DNA of 64,000 nt from the human T2T-CHM13v2.0 reference genome, Homo sapiens: contig CP068257.2 in assembly GCA_009914755.4 (NCBI GenBank), positions 42,912,001-42,976,000 of the forward strand. Direction: 5' to 3'. How positions within the stretch are numbered: the first letter of the stretch is position 1; each line of letters begins with the position of its first letter. Of the stretch, positions 22,006 through 31,547 are shown piece by piece. Made by a program: the position numbers and the translations under genes. The notes beneath the pieces were generated by a model. That model was not told the origin of the DNA and did not search any database. It saw nothing but the letters and a program-made list of their open reading frames with translations.

Positions 22006-22072
22006 CAACAAGGAAGGGAGGGCTTGCTGAGCCTCCTGTCTGGACAACATGCACCAAGGAGGAGTATAAAAG
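22006..22072 (+). promoter_or_regulatory. KRTAP10-4 core promoter: CAACAAGGAAGGGAGG (22006..22018), GGACAACA, then TATAAAAG (22065..22072)
   Basis: TATA 94 bp 5' of the ATG. A CTCACTCACTCGCTCACCCACTCCCTCCC tract between the TATA box and ATG (about 22095..22125). Confidence 0.65.
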
Positions 22073-22158
22073 CCCCACAAACCCGAGCACCTCACTCACT
22101 CGCTCACCCACTCCCTCCCATCTCCCCCAGCTCAACCCCCAGCACAGCAGCATCCACC

Positions 22159-23364
22159 ATGTCCGTCTGCTCCAGCGACCTGAGCTACAGCAGCCGCGTC
22201 TGCCTTCCTGGTTCCTGTGACTCTTGCTCCGACTCCTGGCAGGTGGACGACTGCCCAGAGAGCTGCTGCGAGCCCCCCTGCTGCGCCCCCAGCTGCTGCG
22301 CCCCGGCCCCCTGCCTGAGCCTGGTCTGCACCCCAGTGAGCCGTGTGTCCAGCCCCTGCTGCCCAGTGACCTGTGAGCCCAGCCCCTGCCAATCAGGCTG
22401 CACCAGCTCCTGCACGCCCTCGTGCTGCCAGCAGTCTAGCTGCCAGCTGGCTTGCTGTGCCTCCTCCCCCTGCCAGCAGGCCTGCTGCGTGCCCGTCTGC
22501 TGCAAGACTGTCTGCTGCAAGCCTGTGTGCTGTGTGCCCGTCTGCTGTGGGGATTCTTCATGCTGCCAGCAGTCTAGCTGCCAGTCAGCTTGCTGCACCT
22601 CCTCCCCCTGCCAGCAGGCCTGCTGTGTGCCCGTCTGCTGCAAGCCTGTCTGCTCTGGGATTTCCTCTTCGTGCTGCCAGCAGTCTAGCTGTGTGAGCTG
22701 TGTGTCCAGCCCCTGCTGCCAGGCGGTCTGTGAGCCCAGCCCCTGCCAATCAGGCTGCATCAGCTCCTGCACGCCCTCGTGCTGCCAGCAGTCTAGCTGC
22801 CAGCCGGCTTGCTGCACCTCCTCCTCCTGCCAGCAGGCCTGCTGCGTGCCCGTCTGCTGCAAGACTGTCTGCTGCAAGCCTGTGTGCTCTGAGGATTCCT
22901 CTTCATGCTGCCAGCAGTCTAGCTGCCAGCCGGCTTGCTGCACCTCCTCTCCCTGCCAGCAGGCTTGCTGTGTGCCTGTCTGCTGCAAGCCTGTGTGCTG
23001 CAAGCCTGTCGGCTCTGTGCCCATCTGCTCTGGGGCTTCCTCTCTGTGCTGCCAGCAGTCTAGCTGCCAGCCAGCTTGCTGCACCTCCTCCCAAAGCCAG
23101 CAGGGCTGCTGCGTGCCCGTCTGCTGCAAGCCTGTGAGCTGTGTGCCTGTTTGCTCTGGGGCTTCCTCTTCATGCTGCCAGCAATCTAGCTGCCAGCCAG
23201 CTTGCTGCACCACCTCCTGCTGCAGACCCTCCTCCTCCGTGTCCCTCCTCTGCCGCCCCGTGTGCAGGCCCGCCTGCTGCGTGCCCGTCCCTTCCTGCTG
23301 TGCTCCCACCTCCTCCTGCCAACCCAGCTGCTGCCGCCCAGCCTCCTGCGTGTCCCTCCTCTGA
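22159..23364 (+). CDS. KRTAP10-4: Keratin-associated protein 10 family; single exon, 401 aa, starts [37 protein letters not shown]
   Basis: Sits in ORF-track frame 21952..23364. The ancestral first ATG is replaced by ACA (agc ACA gca gca tcc acc ATG, versus agc ATG gct gcg tcc act ATG in paralogs). The first Met is therefore at 22159, with a TATA box at 22065. There are roughly nine tandem cysteine-rich units. The 401 aa length and + orientation after a - gene match KRTAP10-4. Confidence 0.85.
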   Translation: MSVCSSDLSYSSRVCLPGSCDSCSDSWQVDDCPESCCEPPCCAPSCCAPAPCLSLVCTPVSRVSSPCCPVTCEPSPCQSGCTSSCTPSCCQQSSCQLACCASSPCQQACCVPVCCKTVCCKPVCCVPVCCGDSSCCQQSSCQSACCTSSPCQQACCVPVCCKPVCSGISSSCCQQSSCVSCVSSPCCQAVCEPSPCQSGCISSCTPSCCQQSSCQPACCTSSSCQQACCVPVCCKTVCCKPVCSEDSSSCCQQSSCQPACCTSSPCQQACCVPVCCKPVCCKPVGSVPICSGASSLCCQQSSCQPACCTSSQSQQGCCVPVCCKPVSCVPVCSGASSSCCQQSSCQPACCTTSCCRPSSSVSLLCRPVCRPACCVPVPSCCAPTSSCQPSCCRPASCVSLL

Positions 23365-23740
23365 CCCCCCGTGTGCTCCCGCCCAGCCTGCTGAGGCCTC
23401 CGCTCAGGTCAGAAGCCCAGCTGCTGATGGACACGCCCCCCAGTGCCAGCCAGGCTCAGGTCCCACCTGAAAGCTGATAGTCGCGTCCTGAATTGCTCCT
23501 GCACTTTGACCATTTCCTGGTGTCTGCTGTTGAGCTGGACAATGGAAGAACTGAAAGTCTATACTCAATGCTGCAGCCCTCTTGCGGGGGGAGGGGGGCG
23601 CTTCTAGAAAGTTCCCATGGCAGTGGCCTCCCCTCCATATCTCCCACCTCTCATGAGGGTCAGCTCAGCCTTGACCTGTGAGGTCTCTGTCCTCCTGGCT
23701 CAGAGCCGCAGAGCCTTCTTTGGACGCCCTCAAGCTGACC

Positions 23741-23746
23741 AATAAA
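23741..23746 (+). other. Polyadenylation signal AATAAA (KRTAP10-4)
   Basis: gaccAATAAAggcc, about 375 nt after the stop. Confidence 0.5.
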
Positions 23747-24654
23747 GGCCCTGAGACTGCAATGGCGCTGACACCCAGGTGTGTTGATTAATGCCTTGGC
23801 TGGAGCTCACGGCCATGGTTTTCTCCTTTGTGCACAACCCTCTGCTGTCCTTCAGGCCCCTGAGTGTTTTCCTGTGCCCAGGGGCGTGTGGTTCCCAGGG
23901 GTCCAGGCTAGACGGACATGGACGCGGGGAGCCTTGCAGCCCTTTGGCCATTTCGGGCCCTTGGGTTTGTCCCTAACCCTCCTGTGTTGTTAGTCGTGTC
24001 ATAGTTCTTTTTGCTGATTTGCTTTTTAAATTATCCTTCTGCTGCACAATACTTGTCAAATAAGAATGGTGTCTTCTAGCGCCATGCTTGCCCAGAGTGT
24101 GTCCAAATGCCTCCCTAGCTTCAAAATCAGTAGTCTTCATCGACATTGCCTAAAACCTCTTGTGCCCTGTGCAGACATCACTGGCGTGGTGGGAGGAACA
24201 CAGACAGGCGATTGGAATTGGGTCTCTGTCGCTTCGCTTCCACCCTGTGTGAGCAGAATCATCTCCTCGACCCTCCGGCCTCTCTAAGGTCAGGGAAGTA
24301 GGACTCCCTCTTTCAGGTTTCCAAATGGAGTGGCAAGAACGACAGACAGAGCACGTGTGACCACCATGAGCCCAGGGCCAGCGGACTGCCCAGAGCAGGA
24401 TGGTCTGAGGAGTTTTGGGCATTTTAAGAAGTCTTTAAAAATTATATTTGGAATAATGATGTGTTGTAACCACTGGAAGAAGTGCCAACTATTCCAATGG
24501 TTATAAAACATACTCATAAAGCAATGACGATAAGATCAGAAAGAATTTCCATGCATAGGTGTCAGAGGGTGGCCCGGGAACTCAGCCGCAGTGGAGGTGG
24601 AGTTGTGAGGACAGACCCAGAGCACTGGCCACACGGAGTCACAGTCCCGGAGTG

Positions 24655-24945
24655 GAAGGGAGTGCATAACTCATGGGTGAACAGACACACGGATGTCCCA
24701 GGGTGGGTGAGGGGGCATAACTCATGGGTGAACAGACACACGGACGTCCCAGGGTGGGTGAGGGGGCAAACCTCATGGGTGAACAGACACACGGACGTCC
24801 CAGGGTGGGTGAGGGGGCAAACCTCATGGGTGAACAGACACACGGACGTCCCAGGGTGGGTGAGGGGGCAAACCTCATGGGTGAACAGACACATGGATGT
24901 CCCAGGGTGGGTGAGGGGGCAAACCTCATGGGTGAACATGCCCAT
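24655..24945. repeat. Minisatellite with a 51-bp unit, about 5.7 copies
   Basis: The repeated unit is gggggcaaacctcatgggtgaacagacacacggacgtcccagggtgggtga. It creates 17-aa repeats (VPGWVRGQTSWVNRHTD) in a spurious ORF. Confidence 0.9.
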
Positions 24946-25689
24946 GGTTTTCAGCAACACAACTCAATGTGTTGATTGCAACCCATGGAAGCAGAGAGTT
25001 AAAAATAACTCCAGAGAAGGGGACTCTGTGGAAGAGTCTTCATTAAACTACAGTGCTGTTTCCCTTCACGTGAGCTGAGAACACTGCTGGTTGAGGTCCT
25101 TTGTGTCTTTACCAAACCTCACTCTGTCTTCAGAAAGTCATTTTCCAGGAGGTGTATAGAAAAGTTGAGAAACCACTAAAAACCAAGCCGACTTAAGGGA
25201 TATTTATACAAAATCCCATCCAACAACAATGGGATGCATGTTGTTTAAAGTGCACGTGGAACATCCACCAACATAAACCACCGGAGAGGCCTGAGAGCAA
25301 GTCTCAGTGTCCTCAGGAGGGATGAAATCACAGGAGGGCTGAGCATGCTGCTTGGCCACACAGAATTGGAAATCATTAACAGAAAGACACTTAGAAAACT
25401 GCCACATACTTGGAAATTAAATAACACACTTTAAGATCTATGAGTAAAAATATAAATCACAATGGAAATTATGAAATATCTGGAATAAAATGAAAATGAA
25501 ATCACCCCATATCAATACTTGTGGGATGCAGCTAACAAAGCATGTAGAGGAAAATGCATAGTAATTTGTTTTATTAGAGAAGAAGGCCTAAAATCAGTTG
25601 TCCGAGCTTCCAGCTTAAGAAGCTAAAGAAGCATATGTTGAACCCAAAAATAACTAGAAATAATAAAATAATCAAGAATTTAAAAACTC

Positions 25690-26111
25690 CACTGTGTTTG
25701 TCCATTTTGCACTGCTGTAAAGGAATACCCGAGACTGGGCAATTTATGAGGAAAGGCCCACGGTTATCTGGCTCCTGGTTCTACAGGCTGTACAAGCATG
25801 GCACCTGCTGAGCTTCTGCTGAGGTCTCAGGAAGCTTTACTCATGGTGGAAGGTGGACGGGGAGCAGGCATCACATGGTATGAGGGGAGCAAGAGAGACA
25901 GAGAGGAGGGAGTGCCAGGCTCTTGTAAACAACCAGCTGTCCATGAAGTAACAGAGCAAGACTTCACTCATTATTGTGGGGGTGGCACCAAGCCACTCAT
26001 GAGGGAACCGTCCCCATGACCCAATCACCTCCCACCAGGCCCTGCCTCCAACACGGGATCATGGTTCACCATGAGATTTGGAGGGGACACATATCCACCA
26101 TATCACCTACC
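25690..26111 (-). mobile_element. MaLR (THE1/MST-type) solo LTR, minus orientation
   Basis: The + strand reads tgtccattttgcactgctgtaaaggaatacccgagactgggcaatttat...ccaatcacctcccaccaggccctgcctccaacacgggatcatg...ggggacacatatccaccatatca. This is the reverse complement of the TGATATGGTTTGG...AATACA THE1 consensus. Confidence 0.55.
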
Positions 26112-26227
26112 AAATAGAAAGTGGACAAACAGGGAAATAAATAAAACCAAACCTAGTTTTTTTAAAGACAAATGAAATTGGCAAATTTCTAACTTTACTG
26201 GTCATTATAAAACAAGAGAACAAATAA

Positions 26228-26590
26228 ATTACCAATATCGGATGTTATGGTTTGGCTGTGTCCCCACCCAAATCTCATCTTGAATTCTCACATGTTGTGG
26301 GAGGCACCTGGTGGGAGGTAATTGAATCATGGGAGTGGGTCTTTCCTGTGCTGTTCTCATGATAGTAAATAAGTCTCACAAGATCTGATGGTTTTATACA
26401 GGGGAGTTTCCCTGCACAAGCTCTCTTCTCTTGTCTGCCACCAAGTGAATTGTGCCTTTCACCTTCCACCATGATTGTGAGGCCTCCCCAGCCATGTGGA
26501 ACTGTGAGTCCATTAAACCTCTTTCTTTTGTAAATTGCCCAGTCTTGGGTATGTCTTTATTAGCACCGTGAAAATGAACTAATACATCAG
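26228..26590 (+). mobile_element. MaLR THE1-type solo LTR
   Basis: ggatgttatggtttggctgtgtccccacccaaatctcatcttgaattctcacatgttgtgggagg...cctccccagccatgtggaactgtgagtccattaaacctctttc...gggtatgtctttattagcaccgtgaaaatgaactaatacatc. Confidence 0.6.
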
Positions 26591-27872
26591 GAATGAATAA
26601 AAGGTTGCCACTACAGAATCTGTAGATATTTAAAGGAAACCAAACAAATAATGCAAACAACTCTATGTCAATACATTCAACAGCTTAGATGAAATAGGCA
26701 AATGACTGGAAATGCATCATTTATGAAAAGGGATACAAGAAGAAATAGAAAATCTGAATAGCCCTCTATCAATTGAAGAGACTGGACTCATAATTAAAAC
26801 CCTTCCCACAGAGACAATGCCAATCCCGAATGGCTTTGCTATTGAATTCTACCAAGCATTTAGGGGAGAAATAATGCCAATCTAACCCAAACTTTTCCAG
26901 AAAACCGTGGGGTAGACACAGTGTCGGCGAGCGTGCTAGGGATTAGGGGACGGAGGCTGAGGCCTCACGGGTGGCAGGGACGCCCTTGGTGGGCTCTGGC
27001 CATGGACACAGACTCCTGGGATGAGAGGGGGACTCATGGAGGAACAGCCACGCCTTGACCCTGAGATGGCCTTGCAGGGAGGGTAACTGAAAATTTACCC
27101 ACTGGGGACAGTTGCCTACTTACTAAAACAGTTCCAGCCACCACCGCAGCCCCTGGAAGGCCATCCCCCCAGAAAATCCCCCAGGTCTCAGCAGGGCCTT
27201 GTCCACCTGTGCCCTCCAGTGTCGCCCATGTCAACCTCACCTAAGAGGGGCCTGACGCACGGTCCTGCAGGTGCGGACTCTGGGTCCTGACAGCCCATGC
27301 GGAACCTGGTGCCCCCAGAGGAGGGCCTGGGGCAGTGCCAGTTTTGGGGAATCATGTGCATCCATCCACCCACTCCATGATGCTTTCGTCCTGATCGAGT
27401 CCCTTGTCTCCCGCGCAGGTGCAGCAGCCCCTCCCTCTCCCCCCGCATTGCTGCTGAACGGGCAGAACCCTCGGGCGGGCGGCACACAGGGAGGGTGACC
27501 AGGCCTGGAGGCTGTGGTGCCCGGACCCCAGGCCAGCTTCCTGGAAGGTGACCCTGCAGGGTGGGCTCTCCCAGGTGGGACAGTGGGTGGGACAGTCCTG
27601 GGGCCTGGAGAGCCCCACAGCCCAGGGCACGGCAGCCAATGACCAGGCTCAGGAAGACCCAGGCATGGAGGCTGAGCCGGGACTGAGCCTTCCTGGGCGT
27701 GGCTGTGAGTTCCACCTGGTGACCCCCTGGAGGAGTTAGGCCACTGTCCCCCGTGACTTCTAGGTTAAGTCACTCATTCATAGAAACAGTCATGGCTAGA
27801 GAGCAATCTGAGCTCAAAACCATGTATCCCCAGGAGCACTACAGAAAAAGAGAATCAGGCGACCAAGGGGAG

Positions 27873-27878
27873 TTTATT
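27873..27878 (-). other. Polyadenylation signal AATAAA (KRTAP10-5)
   Basis: tttatt on the + strand, about 285 nt 3' of the stop at 28163. Confidence 0.45.
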
Positions 27879-28162
27879 GGGGAGCAGGAGGAGGTGCTGA
27901 CAGGTTCAAGTCGAGGCCAAGTGACCTGGGGCAGAGAAGCTGGGAGGGAGGACAGGGGACCCAACAGGCAGGTGGGCCCCTGCTGGGAGGCAGGAGCTGG
28001 GGAGCTTCGAGGATGGAGATTCCTGGGAGTATGGAGGGGGGGGTCACCTCAGCACATGGGGGCCCCGTCCCAAGCGGGGGCAACCTCCTAACCCGAGTCA
28101 GGACCAGTTGGCCCTGGGGGATGTGCACATCAGCAACTGGACTCCTGGCCTGAGCAGAGGCC

Positions 28163-28978
28163 TCAGCAGGCCAGGCGGGAGCACGCGGGGCGGCAGAGGA
28201 GGGACACGCAGGAGGCCGGGCGGCAGCAGCTGGCCTGGTAGGAGGAGGCAGGGGCACAGCAGGAGGAGATGGGCACGCAGCAGGCGGGCCTGCATATGGG
28301 GCGGCAGAGGAGGGACACGGAGGAGGAGGGTCTGCAGCAGGAGGTGGTGCAGCAAGCCGGCTGACAGCTAGACTGCTGGCAGCATGAAGTGGAAGCCCCA
28401 GAGCAGACGGGCACACAGCAGATGGGTTTGAAGCAGACAGGCTTGCAACAGACAGGCACGTAGCAGGACTGCTGGCAGGGGGAGGAGGTGCAGCAAGTCG
28501 GCTGGCAGCTAGAATGCTGGCAGCATGAAGAGGAATCCTCAGAACAGGTGGGCACACAGCACACGGGCTTGCAGCAGACAGGCACACAGCAGGACTGCTG
28601 GCAGGAGGAAGAGGCACAGCAAGTTGGCTGGCAGCTAGACTGCTGGCAGCATGAAGAGGAATCCTTAGAGCAGGTGGGCAGGCAGCACACAGGCTTGCAG
28701 CAGACGGGCACGCAGCAGGCCTGCTGGCAGGGGGAGGAGGCGCAGCAAGCCGGCTGGCAGCACGAGGGCGTGCAGGAGCTGGTGCAGCCTGATTGGCAGG
28801 GGCTGGGCTCACAGGCCGCCTGGCAGCAGGGGCTGGACACACAGCTCACTGGGGTGCAGACCAGGGTCAGGCAGGGGGCGGTGCCGCAGGGGGGCTCACA
28901 GCAGCTCTCTGGGCAGTCGTTCACTCGCCAGGAGTCAGAGCAAGCGCTGGAGCAGACGGACATGGTGCACGCGGCCAT
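28163..28978 (-). CDS. KRTAP10-5: Keratin-associated protein 10 family; single exon, 271 aa ([47 protein letters not shown]...)
   Basis: Matches the ORF-track ORF exactly. The ATG at 28978 to 28976 follows a TATA-like ATTTAAAA box at 29087..29094. The 271 aa length and minus strand match KRTAP10-5. Confidence 0.85.
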   Translation of the reverse strand: MAACTMSVCSSACSDSWRVNDCPESCCEPPCGTAPCLTLVCTPVSCVSSPCCQAACEPSPCQSGCTSSCTPSCCQPACCASSPCQQACCVPVCCKPVCCLPTCSKDSSSCCQQSSCQPTCCASSSCQQSCCVPVCCKPVCCVPTCSEDSSSCCQHSSCQPTCCTSSPCQQSCYVPVCCKPVCFKPICCVPVCSGASTSCCQQSSCQPACCTTSCCRPSSSVSLLCRPICRPACCVPISSCCAPASSYQASCCRPASCVSLLCRPACSRLAC

Positions 28979-29086
28979 GCTGGGGTGGGGAAGACGTGAG
29001 CTGGGAGCTGGGGGAGGTGTGAGTGAGTGAGTGTGTGAGTGAGTGAAGGAGGGAGTGAGTGAGTGAGGTGCTCAGGGCTGTGGGGC

Positions 29087-29152
29087 TTTTAAATCCCTCC
29101 CTGGCGTGTGTTGTCCTGACAGGAGGCTCCACAAGCTTCTCTTCCTTGTTGG
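29087..29152 (-). promoter_or_regulatory. KRTAP10-5 core promoter: TATA-like ATTTAAAA, GGACAACAC, and the upstream CAACAAGGAAGAGAAG motif, all on the minus strand
   Basis: Same spacing as the paralogs. A (GAGTGA)n 5'UTR block lies at 29020..29080. Confidence 0.55.
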
Positions 29153-31189
29153 TGTTTAGAGCTGGTGGCTGGAGATGCGTCATTCATGCTGGTTTATCTG
29201 TTTGTTTTTCCCTCATTAAACTTGTGTGTATGTTGCAGGGCCGTGTTTCTTCATCGGTTCTTATTTTAGCCCCAGAAATGTGGTGGAAAATATTTCAAGC
29301 AAACTTTTGTTGAGTAGAGGTTTTAGAGATGAAGACTTCTCTAAAGGGAGGAATTCTAGTTTCACCTATCCTGTGTTTGGACTGATTGGATATATTTTAT
29401 TACTTTTAGCATATTAAAATATAAATAGGTAGAAAAATATACATTTCTTATAAAATGCAGCTGGCACAGAGGGTACGATGAAGCTAAGTGGCCCTCTCTT
29501 CAACCCCTTGTGCCTCGTAAGGGGAATGCTCAGAGATTTGGTATCTGGTGGATCTGTGCTTTATCCTTGTCTCTTCAGCTCTTCCATGCCACCCTCAGAG
29601 CCCTCTCTCTGTTTTATATGAAGCTGCGCTCTGGGTTTTCTCCATTTTTATTTCCTCATGGTGACAGATCAAGTACTTTTTCACATATGGTGATTTTAGG
29701 ACATACATTTTAAGATTTCTTTCTTGCCTAAAAATGTACTCAACTTTACCCTCACACTTATATGATAGTTTAGCTGGGTATATAATTCTGGTTTTAAGTC
29801 AGAATTATTATTATAAATAATAACAAAAAATCTGTTTTCTCAAAATGATGAACCTGTGTCACCATTTTTCTGTAGTGTCCAGCGTTGCTGATGAGAGACT
29901 GAGGTTGGTCATTTGTCATTTTTTATAGTTTGTCTCTCTCTCTCCGTTTAACTCTCTGGGAACATTTGGTTTTCTTTTTATTCTTCTTTTGTTTCTATGC
30001 GTGTGCATTATTTTACTTTCTGTGGTTAGAATTCATTGAGCCTTTCAATGTGGAGACTCAGGAAGTGTTTTGCGCTCTTAAAAATAACTCTTATCTCTCA
30101 AGGTCTTTCCTTTTGTGACTTTAATTTTGTCTCACGATGAATGAAATACATTTTTGGCTCACTGTAATGATGTTATGTTGAGCATTTAAACGTTTTTCCC
30201 CTCGTTTCACTGGACATCAGTTAAGCTCTGCTCATTGGTGGCAGTTCATTTGATTTTCTGAGTAAAAGACTATTTTATTCCAGGGCATTGGGGTCCTGAT
30301 CCAGTTTACATTCTAATTTGTTTCCATCTGTTTCTCTTTTCTACAAATATATAAAGGATTTTAAAGAGCCTCCCTTTTTGTTAGACAATTTTGATTTTAT
30401 TTTTTATAACTCTTTGAATATCCTTTCAGTGATTATTAGTAGAGGTTGTGCGAGAACTGTGTGCTTAACCCACTTTCTGGGACTGAAGGACTCGATGCTC
30501 CTTTCAGGAAATGACAGGAAAGCCAGGAAGGCTAGGATGACGTCATATCAGCGGGTGTGCTACAGACATGCACGGCGCAGGTGCGGTCTCCACATCAGCC
30601 ACCGCGTGAGTGGTGACTCTGCAGCCCATTTTGACAGTTGCAGAAATGATGAGAGAAGATAAGTAACCTTGAAAGAGGACAGCTGGCCAGCAGTGAACCT
30701 GACAACCGCGAGCTCTCACTCCTTTCCCTCACCGCCATACATGGCTCCGTTCTGTCACACAGCTCCCAGAAGAGTGCGTGCTTCCTGAGTGGCAGGCAGG
30801 GAGGGAGGTGGTCCTGAGCCAGCGGGATGTGGTAAGGCTGACATGGCTTCTGGGACAAGCCCTGGGGCCTGTATGATAATTTGCTTTAGTTTTCCCATCG
30901 CTATCTCTGGCAGCCTCCTTAATCGAATGGGTGTGGTGATTCCTTGTCTCTTTATTCCTATTTGTGATCCACGCCCTCTGTCGCTCCCTTCTCCTGGTGT
31001 CTGGACCACCCATCACTGTCCAAAGTGTCTTTCCACAGTCATTGCTGTGCCCACAACAGCTCCAGGATCTCAGTGTGCCTGATCTAAGTCCACGCCCTGC
31101 GCTCAGTGGAGACGTGTCTTTTTGGATCATGGAAATTTTCACTGGGGGCCACCATGGCAGTTTCCACGGACAATTGAATGATCACACCA

Positions 31190-31260
31190 ATTTCTTTCTT
31201 TCTCTCTTTCTTTCTCTTTCTTTCTTTTCTTCCTTCTTTCTTTCTTTTCTTTTCTTTTTT
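31190..31260. repeat. (TTTC)n/(TCTC)n microsatellite fused to the Alu tail
   Basis: tttctttctttctctctttctttctctttc... Confidence 0.9.
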
Positions 31261-31547
31261 GACACATAGTCTCACTCTGTCACCCAGGCTGGAGTGCAGT
31301 GGTGCTGCAGGCCCCACCTCCCGGGTTCAAGCGATTCTCCTCCCTCAGCCTCCCGAGTAGCTGGGATTACAGGTGTGTGCCACCACATCCAGCTATTTTT
31401 CTTTCTTTCTTTCTTTTTTGTATTTTTAGTAGAGATGGGGTTTGGCCATTTTGGCCAGGCTGGTCTCGAACTTGTGGCCTCAAGTGATCCATCTGTTTCA
31501 GTCTCCCAAAAGTGCAGGCATTACAGATGTGAGCCACTGCACCCGGC
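31250..31547 (-). mobile_element. Alu SINE, minus orientation, with an expanded (TTTC)n tail
   Basis: ttttttgacacatagtctcactctgtcacccaggctggagtgcagtgg...gtgagccactgcacccggcc. Confidence 0.9.

Larger units (their letters stand above)
25370..26900 (+). mobile_element. Old L1 ORF2 fragment split by two nested MaLR LTR insertions
   Basis: 25380..25690 reads NENEITPYQYLWDAANKACRGKCIV... and 26590..26900 reads ...MPIPNGFAIEFYQAFRGEIMPI..PKLFQKT. Both lie in the ORF2 N-terminal half and are collinear. Confidence 0.4.

Noticed and set aside
22185-23309. Long antisense ORFs opposite every KRTAP10 gene: 22185..23309 (374 aa), 28488..29030, 39863..40879 (338 aa), 49262..50242 (326 aa) and 59978..61147 (389 aa). 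They encode Q/W/E-rich repeats such as [14 protein letters not shown]
   Set aside because: These are mirror artefacts of the sense-strand TGC-TGC-CAG-CAG codon repeats, whose reverse complement CTG-CTG-GCA-GCA has no stops. There is no promoter, TATA box or poly-A signal in that orientation. The periodicity exactly matches the sense-strand repeat. The same holds for the other frames on the sense strand (for example the [16 protein letters not shown]... and [16 protein letters not shown]... ORFs).
24482-25078. 198-aa ORF with six 17-aa repeats (VPGWVRGQTSWVNRHTD), plus an overlapping antisense 132-aa ORF
   Set aside because: It is entirely generated by the 51-bp minisatellite. There is no start context, no splice signals and no conservation outside the repeat. 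This is a noncoding VNTR.
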